DNA from: a phage
Strand: one strand, 5' to 3'
Sequence record: PZ379075.1
Length of the DNA: 64,000 nucleotides
Of the stretch, positions 27,999 through 36,491 are shown piece after piece (positions within the stretch are counted from its first letter, which is position 1; every line of letters begins with the position of its first letter). Below the pieces are notes generated by a model, which worked only from the letters and a program-made list of their open reading frames with translations, was not told the origin of the DNA and searched no databases. The translations under genes and the position numbers were made by a program.

Positions 27999-29312
27999 AT
28001 GATTGTTATCCCGATTAACCAAATTGAAGATAAGGTTGCTCAACAACCTGATATCACTGTTGGTCGTCACTTCATTGAACAATTGATTAACAACAACTTG
28101 ATTCCAGATGGTATCTGTCCCATCATTACTGGTGGGGCTGTTCGTGATGCTGTCCTTAATAACATAGCTCCACATGACATTGATATCTTTATTGTCAGAG
28201 GACAAACACCAAGAACTCAAAACACTTTCATCCCAACTGATCGTTGGCAAGAGCTTGGACGGGAGATTGAAAGTAATGTGAAGGAATGGCTAGAGTCACA
28301 AGATATTGAATATGCATCACTTCTTGCTGAAGCTACAAACGAATCCTATGCTGGGGGTTCTCAATTAACATTCACTGATATTATTGAGTTTCAGTGGAAT
28401 GGGGTTCGTATCCAATTCATGTTTAATTATCCTACTTCTATTGAAGAGGTATTGGATAATTTTCCTATGATGTGCCGTGGTGCGATGACTCTTGACAACT
28501 TATTCATGACTTCTCACGGATATTTGGCTATGACTTCCCCTTGTCCAGTGGTTGTCTATAGTCGTGAAATCAGGTATGTTCACAAGAAGTGGCCTAACTC
28601 ACAAGTGTTGAGATTTTCCTCTCCAGCAGTTGCGCATCAATACATGGCCCAAACTCGATATCTTCCCACACCTCAGCCAGTTAGTCATCTAGTCAATGGA
28701 TTAGGTCAGGTTTCTCTTATTGAAGATACAACAAGTGCTCTATATTGTGTTAACCAAGACATGAGTCGATTCTTTGGAATCCCTTATGAAGAGATTCAGA
28801 TTATGTCTAGTCTTCACGGTTCTGGTCAGATTCATGCGTATTGGTCTGAGGGGTTGACAAATTTAACGACTAACACGGGTGGTGATCTGCTTGGTCGAGA
28901 AGAGGAACCTAACCGACACAATGCAATTGAAGGGGTGTTTGTAGCCCCTGCAATGCGTCGAGCACAAGAGTCACGAAGAGAAAGCCCTACTCGTAGAACA
29001 TCTTTTGAAGAAGCTCTTGGTATTACAAGTGATTCTATGGAGCGATGGATGGCTAGACCCTCTCGTGGTCGACCAAACGGCTTAACTGTTAGCGCACGTC
29101 AGTTCTCTGGTCAGGGTTTCGCTGTTGGTGATATCAACGCCCCTTCTCGTGTTATCTGGACTGATGAAGGTATGGAACAAGATTTGGGAGATAGTCTCGC
29201 TGATCGCTTTATTGCTAACAACCCTGAAGTATTAGAACCTCAAACCCGTACAGTTCGGTTTGCCGATGAAGCGGGTCGTGGAATCTCTTTTGACATGGAA
29301 ACAAATAACTAA
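27999..29312 (+). CDS. tRNA nucleotidyltransferase / poly(A) polymerase-family protein (CCA-adding-enzyme-like)
   Basis: Head-domain motif ITGGAVRDAVL...HDIDIFI; ATG 27999 used rather than track start 27942. Confidence 0.6.
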   Translation: MIVIPINQIEDKVAQQPDITVGRHFIEQLINNNLIPDGICPIITGGAVRDAVLNNIAPHDIDIFIVRGQTPRTQNTFIPTDRWQELGREIESNVKEWLESQDIEYASLLAEATNESYAGGSQLTFTDIIEFQWNGVRIQFMFNYPTSIEEVLDNFPMMCRGAMTLDNLFMTSHGYLAMTSPCPVVVYSREIRYVHKKWPNSQVLRFSSPAVAHQYMAQTRYLPTPQPVSHLVNGLGQVSLIEDTTSALYCVNQDMSRFFGIPYEEIQIMSSLHGSGQIHAYWSEGLTNLTTNTGGDLLGREEEPNRHNAIEGVFVAPAMRRAQESRRESPTRRTSFEEALGITSDSMERWMARPSRGRPNGLTVSARQFSGQGFAVGDINAPSRVIWTDEGMEQDLGDSLADRFIANNPEVLEPQTRTVRFADEAGRGISFDMETNN

Positions 29313-29321
29313 GGAATAAGA

Positions 29322-29855
29322 ATGAGTTTACTAGGAAGTATTGAACTGCATGATGTAATTGACAATGGCTATCTGGATGCGGAGCATAAGTATGTTAACG
29401 CTGCTAGTGTGGATATCCGTATTGGTGATACTATCCTTGTTGAAGAACAGGCTGATGGCATCGTTGATATTGATGCGAAAGAGAATCTTCAGTGGAAGGA
29501 AGTAAAGATTCCTGAAGAGGGTTTGGTTATCACTCCGGGTCAGTTCTTCTTGGCTCACTCTATGGAGGAGTTTAATCTTCCAGATAACATCTCAAGTCTG
29601 TTTGTTCTGCGTTCGTCTATGGCTCGTTGTGGTTTGAACCACCTTCACGCCGGTTGGGCAGATGCAGGATTTAATAGTAGTAAGCTGACATTTGAATTCC
29701 ATAACGTAACCAAGCACCACAGCTTACGAGTTCGTGCTGGTATGCGTGTTGGTCAGATGGTTATGTTTGAGCACTCTCATGCAGGGGAACATTCCTACGC
29801 AGTGAAGGGTCGTTATAATAACTCTGAAGGTGTGGTTGCATCTAAAGGTGTGTAA
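29322..29855 (+). CDS. dcd: dCTP deaminase
   Basis: RSSMARCGL...HAGWADAG...GMRVGQMVMF closely parallels bacterial Dcd motifs. Confidence 0.7.
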   Translation: MSLLGSIELHDVIDNGYLDAEHKYVNAASVDIRIGDTILVEEQADGIVDIDAKENLQWKEVKIPEEGLVITPGQFFLAHSMEEFNLPDNISSLFVLRSSMARCGLNHLHAGWADAGFNSSKLTFEFHNVTKHHSLRVRAGMRVGQMVMFEHSHAGEHSYAVKGRYNNSEGVVASKGV

Positions 29856-30053
29856 ATGAAAAAGTGGATTGTTCGTGTACATGATAACACGACTGGAGAG
29901 TTAGTAGCTGTAGATTTTGTTAAGACTCGAGAGCACGCACGTAGGGTCAAAAATCAATACAAGTCTACTTTTAGACTTAATAAGGTTACACTAGGAAAAG
30001 CTATCGTGAATAGTGAAGGTGCTTTTTGTGTCAACAGTAAGGTTTATTACTAA
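29856..30053 (+). CDS. small paralogous protein A (ends KVYY)
   Basis: One of three tandem about 66-aa paralogues with conserved C-terminal K-V-x-Y-Y. Confidence 0.5.
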   Translation: MKKWIVRVHDNTTGELVAVDFVKTREHARRVKNQYKSTFRLNKVTLGKAIVNSEGAFCVNSKVYY

Positions 30054-30262
30054 TGAGACCAATCACTATGAGAAAATTCTGGTTAGCGAAGATTAAGTGG
30101 GCATCAGGTGGTATGACTATGACTGCACTCCCTACTCGTCAACAAGCTCGAGATTTTAAAAAGACTATGCTTACTGGTGACGTGGTTAATAGTATCAGCA
30201 TCCATAAGGCCAAGGAGTATTCTTCTGGTCGTGTTTATATCAGCGGAAAGGTACATTACTAA
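30053..30262 (+). CDS. small paralogous protein B (ends KVHY)
   Basis: See above; coupled starts. Confidence 0.5.
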   Translation: MRPITMRKFWLAKIKWASGGMTMTALPTRQQARDFKKTMLTGDVVNSISIHKAKEYSSGRVYISGKVHY

Positions 30263-30471
30263 TGAAAAAGATGTGGGCTATTCATGTTGTTTGGGATCTT
30301 GAGCAACACATGAGAAAAGATAACATCAAATTGTTTGACACTCGCAAAGAGGCTCGTATTGCTAAGAAACAGTTGAAGACTCTGGGCACAATAGTAAAAA
30401 GCGCTGACATACATCGCTGGTATGAAGACCCTAACACTGGTTCTTTTATGTCTAAAGTAATTTACTACTGA
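30262..30471 (+). CDS. small paralogous protein C (ends KVIYY)
   Basis: See above. Confidence 0.5.
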   Translation: MKKMWAIHVVWDLEQHMRKDNIKLFDTRKEARIAKKQLKTLGTIVKSADIHRWYEDPNTGSFMSKVIYY

Positions 30472-30543
30472 TTGGTAGTAGATATGATAACTCTCAAATG
30501 TATATAGAGTACAATAAGAATTTGTATTTTACAGGAGAGAGTT

Positions 30544-30873
30544 ATGTTAGATTTGAGTAAAGTGGCCCCGCCCACTGAAGAGATTACAAAATCCAAGGTG
30601 ATGCAACAGTTTTATCATCGTGATATGCTTGGTCGCTTTATCAAGAATCGTGATGTTGTTGCTTGGTCTATTGGTAATCAGGGATATCTGTTGAAGGTTC
30701 TTCAGGTTACAGGTTCAACTGCTAAGCGAGTTAAGGTGTATGACCCTGAAATGGGGCGTTCTAAGTCAGTAGACCCACAGAACTGCATCGTAATTACCCA
30801 GCAGGTAATGGATAATATTGCACGTAACGTTGCTAACTCAGTTGAACTTGATGGAGAAAACCCAAATGCATAA
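30544..30873 (+). CDS. hypothetical protein (109 aa)
   Basis: ORF; preceded by AATGTATATAG motif and GGAGAG RBS. Confidence 0.5.
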   Translation: MLDLSKVAPPTEEITKSKVMQQFYHRDMLGRFIKNRDVVAWSIGNQGYLLKVLQVTGSTAKRVKVYDPEMGRSKSVDPQNCIVITQQVMDNIARNVANSVELDGENPNA

Positions 30874-31429
30874 GAATGTTTTTGATTTACCTGAGATTGG
30901 TCGTGACAGCTATAGCATGTTAGACCGGTCCGACCTATCAATCTCTCGCCTTGAAACAATGCAAGGCATGATTAGTGGAAACAGCCTAGAACACATCCTG
31001 AGCTGCTTACAAGCTAACATGGAACTCTTGCATATCAAAGCTAAAAACTACCACTGGAACGTCTCTGGTGCAGGATTTCAGGGTGTTCATGGTATGTTTG
31101 ATGAGCTGGAAGATTACGCACGACAGGTAGGAGATCGTATTGCTGAACGTATGCGTTACCACTGTGTTAAAGTGGATGCTACAGCAGCTAATTATCTTTC
31201 TCATGCTTGGTTCTCAGAGGGGAATGCTGATCTAGACATGGACGGTATGCTCTCTGATATGTGCATGACCTTGATGTGTATTATTGAGAAGATGGATGAG
31301 TTTGATGGTGATTTAGCCTCCTACCCTGTCGATCAGAGTATGCTTCAAGAAATTAATGAAGGTCTTGGCAAGTATTGCTACTTCGTCAAGAGCAACATGT
31401 CCCATTCAAGTGGTGACGTGTCTTACTAA
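30866..31429 (+). CDS. Dps-like ferritin-fold protein
   Basis: KAKNYHWNVSGAGFQGVHGMFDELEDYARQVGDRIAERM matches Dps signature; ATG 30866 overlaps upstream stop. Confidence 0.65.
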   Translation: MHKNVFDLPEIGRDSYSMLDRSDLSISRLETMQGMISGNSLEHILSCLQANMELLHIKAKNYHWNVSGAGFQGVHGMFDELEDYARQVGDRIAERMRYHCVKVDATAANYLSHAWFSEGNADLDMDGMLSDMCMTLMCIIEKMDEFDGDLASYPVDQSMLQEINEGLGKYCYFVKSNMSHSSGDVSY

Positions 31430-31489
31430 AACCTCCGCCCTGTCTCCTAACCCGAGGTGGGGCGAACTTATTTATAAGGATATAGATAT

Positions 31490-31669
31490 ATGTTATCAGC
31501 AATCGTATGGGGTATTTGGGCTATCTTTATCGGTGGTGGTATTTATTGGGCTTCTGGTAAGCTTATTGAAGAAACTCCTGATAAGAAAGGTGAGATTCAA
31601 ACAGCATCAACCATCATGGTTATCGTAGCTGTTGTTATCCCATTCCTGCTTCACCTCCTGACTGCATAA
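31490..31669 (+). CDS. small two-TM membrane protein (59 aa, below track cutoff)
   Basis: Hand translation MLSAIVWGIWAIFIGGG...IMVIVAVVIPFLLHLLTA; AAGGA RBS; track ORF 31356-31628 in other frame judged spurious. Confidence 0.5.
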   Translation: MLSAIVWGIWAIFIGGGIYWASGKLIEETPDKKGEIQTASTIMVIVAVVIPFLLHLLTA

Positions 31670-31677
31670 GGATTTAC

Positions 31678-31953
31678 ATGTCTAAAGTAATTAAGTTTTA
31701 TAGTGATCAGTGTGCTCCATGTAAAGCAATGGCTCCTACCTTTGAGAAGGTTGTTAAGGAGTTTGATGTAGAAGTGGAAGAGATTAACATCCTTGAAGGT
31801 GATGGTCGTGAACAAGCTGTTAAGTATGGTGTACGAAGCATCCCTGCTTTTGTTGTGCCTGACCGTAACAGTGGTGCACACTACAGCCTCTCCGGTATGC
31901 AGACTGAAGCAAACCTGAAAGCATTTTTGGACACAGCCCTGAGAAATAAGTAA
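31678..31953 (+). CDS. thioredoxin/glutaredoxin-like redox protein
   Basis: CxxC active site in FYSDQCAPCKAMAP with thioredoxin-like context. Confidence 0.65.
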   Translation: MSKVIKFYSDQCAPCKAMAPTFEKVVKEFDVEVEEINILEGDGREQAVKYGVRSIPAFVVPDRNSGAHYSLSGMQTEANLKAFLDTALRNK

Positions 31954-31968
31954 TAAGGATATTCACGG

Positions 31969-32625
31969 ATGAATGAACAACTACAAGCAACATTAATCGA
32001 AGCTATGGGAAGTGATCGTAGCGTAGTAAACGCAGCTCGAGTTTCCTTTGGCGTAACCCGTGAAGGTGATTTAAATGAACGTGATGAACGTCTCATCAAC
32101 TTCCTCGCAAGAGAGAAGCATGTTACCCCATTCCGACACCCGCAAGTCAGTTTCCGATGCAAAGCACCTATCGCAATTGCAAGACAGTTGGGCAAGCATC
32201 AGGTTGGATTCTCGTGGAACGAAATGTCCCGGCGGTATAAAGATGGAGCAGTTGAAGTCTTCATCCCTAAAGAGATTTTTGCGAGACCTTCGGACCTCCA
32301 TGCAGGTTCAGGGATTCAACTCATCGACGGAGAGCGAGCTGAAGCATTAATGTTAATTAACGATGCATATGAAGCTTCTCTAGCAGCATATGACAAGTTG
32401 ATTGAGTTTATTGCACCAGAGCAAGCTCGATTTGTTCTTCCTCAGGGGATGATCACTGAGTGGGTGTGGACCGGTTCTTTGTATGGCTGGTTTGAGTTGT
32501 GTCGTCAGCGACTCTCCTCTCACGCTCAATATGAAGTTCGAGTGTTTGCTAAATCTGTAGACGAAGAGATGTCTAAGATCTACCCAATCTCGTGGGCAGC
32601 TCTGAAGAAAACATTGGAGATTTAA
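31969..32625 (+). CDS. thyX: flavin-dependent thymidylate synthase ThyX
   Basis: ARVSFG, FRHPQVSFR and SWNEMSRRY resemble ThyX RHR and SxRY motifs. Confidence 0.65.
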   Translation: MNEQLQATLIEAMGSDRSVVNAARVSFGVTREGDLNERDERLINFLAREKHVTPFRHPQVSFRCKAPIAIARQLGKHQVGFSWNEMSRRYKDGAVEVFIPKEIFARPSDLHAGSGIQLIDGERAEALMLINDAYEASLAAYDKLIEFIAPEQARFVLPQGMITEWVWTGSLYGWFELCRQRLSSHAQYEVRVFAKSVDEEMSKIYPISWAALKKTLEI

Positions 32626-32771
32626 TATTGGAAGAAGATGACGACGTGTTCTGTACCAAGTGCGGAATGACAGTGGATGATGCATATGACCCAAGTGTAG
32701 AAATTTGTCCATGTTGCGGGGTATGTGAGTATTGCTGTTCTCATAATCCAGAGGATTAGCAGGAATTTCTG

Positions 32772-33005
32772 ATGAAAATCAAACATATTACAGATATTCA
32801 GGAGGCATTTAGGATGCTTCCTCGAAGAGAGAAGGATAAGATTAAAAAGCTTATTCAAGTTTATGGTCATACATCTAAAGATGATGTAGACTATATGCCT
32901 TCTACTTTCGTAGAGTGTGGGATTGCTCGCGGTTTCACATTCGACCATAAAGTATTTCAGCAATTCGTTGACCACTGGAGAAAAGATGGAAAAGAAAGTC
33001 TGTAG
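32772..33005 (+). CDS. hypothetical protein (77 aa)
   Basis: ORF from track. Confidence 0.4.
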   Translation: MKIKHITDIQEAFRMLPRREKDKIKKLIQVYGHTSKDDVDYMPSTFVECGIARGFTFDHKVFQQFVDHWRKDGKESL

Positions 33006-33167
33006 CTTCTGTAAGAAAGAGAAACCTATCGCCAACTTCAAACCTAACCCTGTAACCGGTCTGACCCATGTCATGTGCCACTCTTGCAGGATATATCTTG
33101 AAACAAAGCACACTATCAATAGGTTGCACTATTATCACCCAACAACATTCAAATTTAAGGTTGTGAA

Positions 33168-33491
33168 ATGATTGACAGTAATACATTTAGGACTTCAAAT
33201 GGAAGTGAAATAAGTCCCGCTGAAGTAATCAATCGGCATAGAAGGCAATTGATCATCCATTCCTATTTGTATTACTGGTTGGATGACCCTATCTGGTCTG
33301 ATGATAAATGGCAACAAGTTGCTAATGATCTAGTGGAGCTGCAAGCTCTGTATCCAGAACCTACTGGAGTCTTTGACAACGAGTTTAAAGATTGGGATGG
33401 TTCTACAGGTATGCATCTCCCACATAACGAAGCTGTTGCTTGTATGGCGACAGCTGTTTACAGACTTCATAAAGAGGTTAACGTCGCATGA
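33168..33491 (+). CDS. hypothetical protein (107 aa)
   Basis: ORF from track. Confidence 0.45.
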   Translation: MIDSNTFRTSNGSEISPAEVINRHRRQLIIHSYLYYWLDDPIWSDDKWQQVANDLVELQALYPEPTGVFDNEFKDWDGSTGMHLPHNEAVACMATAVYRLHKEVNVA

Positions 33492-33688
33492 GCGTAGTTT
33501 ATGTTCTAGAAAGATACGCTGAAGATCACAACAGTATTGTTGCCATATTTAAACATGCCCCGGATGTTGAGGACATTTTGAATGTGACTCACTTAACTGA
33601 TGTTGATAAAATCAAAGACCTCATCAGGAATGACAATGCCCACATAGGTGACTCTCTGTGGTCTCTTACTGAATGGACATTGTGGTGA
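33488..33688 (+). CDS. hypothetical small protein (66 aa)
   Basis: ORF coupled to neighbours. Confidence 0.4.
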   Translation: MSVVYVLERYAEDHNSIVAIFKHAPDVEDILNVTHLTDVDKIKDLIRNDNAHIGDSLWSLTEWTLW

Positions 33689-33870
33689 AGTGCTCTAAAT
33701 GTGAAGGAACAAACCTTCATTTAAGTAACAAGGTTATCAGAGAGCTTGCTAAAGGCTCTCCAACCAAAGGGAAGAACAAACGATTTACTAACGTCAGGGT
33801 TTATACAGCAATCTGTAAAGACTGCTTAACTACTGAGTGTCATTACGAAGAAATTGGAGAGCGTAAATGA
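33673..33870 (+). CDS. small zinc-ribbon protein (65 aa)
   Basis: CSKCEG ... CKDC cysteine pairs. Confidence 0.4.
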   Translation: MDIVVKCSKCEGTNLHLSNKVIRELAKGSPTKGKNKRFTNVRVYTAICKDCLTTECHYEEIGERK

Positions 33871-34604
33871 GTCGTCGTCAATCACGGAAAGAATCACGGA
33901 AAGACCTTCGTCGGGAAGCACTTGTTACTCGTAAAGGTAAGCGAGAGTATGAAGAGGTGGTTTTAGCAAAGCCTGTAGTCCCTCAGAACCAGTTTCAGTC
34001 TGAGCTACTCAATGCTATTAAGACTAAACAAGTTGTGTTCACAGACGCTCCTGCGGGCTGTGGTAAGACCTTTGTAATCACTTCCACAGTTATTGATGCA
34101 CTGAAGAGCGGTAAGATTCAGAAGATCATTCTGAGTCGCCCTTCGGTTGGCATGGGCAACTCTCTTGGGTTACTTCCGGGAGGAATGCGTGAGAAGTTTG
34201 AACCATACCTGATGCCTATCATTGATGTTATTACTCAGCGATATGGTAAGGGATTCTATGAATGCCAAATCGGAAATGGTAACATTGAGTTTGTACCTCT
34301 GGAATATCTCCGTGGTCGTTCTTTCAATGATGCTATTGTTATTGTTGATGAGTTCCAGAACACAACTAAGGATGAAGCCTTCTCCATCATGACTCGATTG
34401 GGAGAAACCTCTCAATTGTTCTGTATGGGTGATACAAACCAGCATGATATGCGTGGTCGCGAGAGTGGTCTAACTTGGGCTACTAACTTTATTGATGAAC
34501 ACGATCTGTATGAGTTTGCTGAGATTGTAGATGGTGAATCAGATGATATTGTTCGTTCTGGTTTCTGTAAGGCGATTGTTAAAGCAATGGAAAAGAAAGC
34601 TTAA
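33867..34604 (+). CDS. phoH: PhoH-like ATPase
   Basis: Walker A FTDAPAGCGKTF and overall PhoH-like layout. Confidence 0.7.
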   Translation: MSRRQSRKESRKDLRREALVTRKGKREYEEVVLAKPVVPQNQFQSELLNAIKTKQVVFTDAPAGCGKTFVITSTVIDALKSGKIQKIILSRPSVGMGNSLGLLPGGMREKFEPYLMPIIDVITQRYGKGFYECQIGNGNIEFVPLEYLRGRSFNDAIVIVDEFQNTTKDEAFSIMTRLGETSQLFCMGDTNQHDMRGRESGLTWATNFIDEHDLYEFAEIVDGESDDIVRSGFCKAIVKAMEKKA

Positions 34605-34660
34605 ACAGTAACTTATAATGTATACTCCTTAGTGTACACTGATATATTAAGGAGTTCTAA

Positions 34661-34975
34661 ATGGCAGATCATGTAGGAAAGAGAGATTATGCACAAGAAA
34701 GACGTACCGCAATTGCCCGTGGTGAAACAGGCGTTGGGAGCAAGAGCGGAGATGCTCAGCGCCACCGTGCACGTCGCATCGTTGAAAAGCGCGATGGAAA
34801 AGCTGCTGTCAGAGGTAAAGACGTTGGACACAAACGAGCTGTCAAGTCTGGAGGCTCTAATGCGTCAAGCAACTTACGTGTTGAATCAGTCAGCTCAAAC
34901 CGTTCAAACGGCGGCAAAAGTGGTGATCGAGCTGGAAAAGCAGCTGGAGCACGCAAAGGAGCTTTAAGCTCATAA
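34661..34975 (+). CDS. hypothetical basic low-complexity protein (104 aa); frame ambiguous with overlapping ORF 34689-34967
   Basis: Strong RBS AAGGAG before ATG 34661; region open in three frames. Confidence 0.4.
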   Translation: MADHVGKRDYAQERRTAIARGETGVGSKSGDAQRHRARRIVEKRDGKAAVRGKDVGHKRAVKSGGSNASSNLRVESVSSNRSNGGKSGDRAGKAAGARKGALSS

Positions 34976-34985
34976 AGAGGTTATA

Positions 34986-35279
34986 GTGTCAGCAGAAACA
35001 AAAAGATGTACAATTCACACTTATTGTAAATTCTGTAAAGCAGAGGGTGTAAAAAGAGTTGCAACTTTAATGACCAAGTATTCTCCAAGTAGAGGATACA
35101 GGGACCACTATAAGCACTACTCTTGTAGTGATCACTCCTATCTATTAGAAGATACAGACCCGAATAGAACAAGGAGAGAGCATAACATTGACCTGAGAGC
35201 TACTCTCAAGGAAATGAAAAATAACTCTCGAAACAACCATTACACTGAAGCTGACTATCAAACTTGGCTTCGTCTCTAG
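34986..35279 (+). CDS. Cys/His-rich putative zinc-binding protein (97 aa)
   Basis: Pattern C..H..C..C ... H..H..C..H. Confidence 0.4.
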   Translation: MSAETKRCTIHTYCKFCKAEGVKRVATLMTKYSPSRGYRDHYKHYSCSDHSYLLEDTDPNRTRREHNIDLRATLKEMKNNSRNNHYTEADYQTWLRL

Positions 35280-35348
35280 AACAAAGGCTGCCTAATCAGG
35301 TGGCCTTTTCTTTTATATAAACCAAATTAAACTTCTTAGGTAATAAAT

Positions 35349-35603
35349 ATGTCTATTGTAAAAATCGTAAATATCATTGATGTAACTCGTACCGGTAAAA
35401 CTATCAGTTGGAAATTCACCAATAAGCATAGAGGTTCAGAGAACATCATTCGTTCTATGATTCAACAAAACCCAAATACAGCTCGCACTAACGTACTCCT
35501 TCGAGGAGCTGATGGAAAATTTATCTCTTATAAGAATAAGAACGTAGAAAAATCTTTCCGTGTTGCAGTAGAAAATCTCATCCCATTCCCTAAAGGAGTT
35601 TAA
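35349..35603 (+). CDS. small paralogous protein (pair member 1, KGKFISY / PFPKG)
   Basis: Shares ART(N/H)V(L/M)LR...GKFISY...(L/F)(I/M)PFP(K/R)G with next gene. Confidence 0.5.
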   Translation: MSIVKIVNIIDVTRTGKTISWKFTNKHRGSENIIRSMIQQNPNTARTNVLLRGADGKFISYKNKNVEKSFRVAVENLIPFPKGV

Positions 35604-35604
35604 T

Positions 35605-35889
35605 ATGAATAAGTTAGCTATGGTTCAAATTCGGGACACATACCCTAACCGCCCGGAGCAGAAACCGCGTACTTGGTCTTATCTGTTAGCTGAAAGTAAG
35701 ACTATTGACAAATACGCTGTAGGGATTGATGCTATTCCAACTAGTATCACATTGCTCCCTCACAAAACAGCCAGAACCCATGTGATGTTACGTGATAGCA
35801 AAGGTAAGTTTATCTCTTATCGTGATTCACGAATCAATAATGAGATTAAATCTGCTATGGAATTTTTGATGCCATTCCCAAGAGGTTGA
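35605..35889 (+). CDS. small paralogous protein (pair member 2)
   Basis: See above. Confidence 0.5.
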   Translation: MNKLAMVQIRDTYPNRPEQKPRTWSYLLAESKTIDKYAVGIDAIPTSITLLPHKTARTHVMLRDSKGKFISYRDSRINNEIKSAMEFLMPFPRG

Positions 35890-36052
35890 GTGATGAAAGA
35901 ATACATTTACGTAGGACAGCGCTGGTTCGGCGATGAATGGGAAGGCGGATACAGCGTTGTGAAAGCTTTTAAGTCGGAAGAAGATGCCAAGTCATGGGTC
36001 TTAAAAGACGATGTTGGCGAGAGAACTTACATTGAAGTAGAGGTGGAGTAGG

Positions 36053-36475
36053 ATGCCATTACCAGCTAGATATCCAAACCGTTTCTTAGTTCTCAAGTGG
36101 GATGATATCGAAATGAATCTCACTGAACATGAACTGGATTTGTTCCATGAATTATTATCAGAAATTCGCTCTGGTATTCCTGAACGTCAGTATGTGGTTA
36201 TCAGTGATAAACACCCTCAAGAGTTTGAAGAGGCTTGGGGTATGAAGCTGGCTTATATTCAGAGAGCTATTCAAGAAAGAGAAGAAGTTGCCAATCAGAG
36301 GGTTGTGGCTCATTTAGTACGAGAGCAACCTCGTGAAGCTAGGGCTAACCATGCACCACCTCCACCCCCTCCTTGGACAGTTGTCAACGGGACGGTTAGG
36401 GCTTATAGTGATGAAGCTACCATGTTGAATGTAGTAGAAGATAACCAAGCCTTTACAGATTTACTTTACCAATAA
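36053..36475 (+). CDS. hypothetical protein (140 aa)
   Basis: ORF from track. Confidence 0.5.
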   Translation: MPLPARYPNRFLVLKWDDIEMNLTEHELDLFHELLSEIRSGIPERQYVVISDKHPQEFEEAWGMKLAYIQRAIQEREEVANQRVVAHLVREQPREARANHAPPPPPPWTVVNGTVRAYSDEATMLNVVEDNQAFTDLLYQ

Positions 36476-36491
36476 TTTAAAGGAGTATAAA

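Noticed and set aside
31356-31628. Track ORF of 90 aa
   Set aside because: A 59-aa two-TM ORF in another frame (31490-31669) has a proper RBS and fits gene spacing; the track ORF overlaps it and starts inside the Dps gene tail
31969-32625. Possibility that the thymidylate synthase homologue signals hypermodified thymidine DNA
   Set aside because: Sequence looks like ThyX (RHR/SxRY-type motifs), not a ThyA-like dUMP hydroxymethylase; no DNA kinase or glycosyltransferase partners seen, so ordinary dTMP synthesis is the simpler reading
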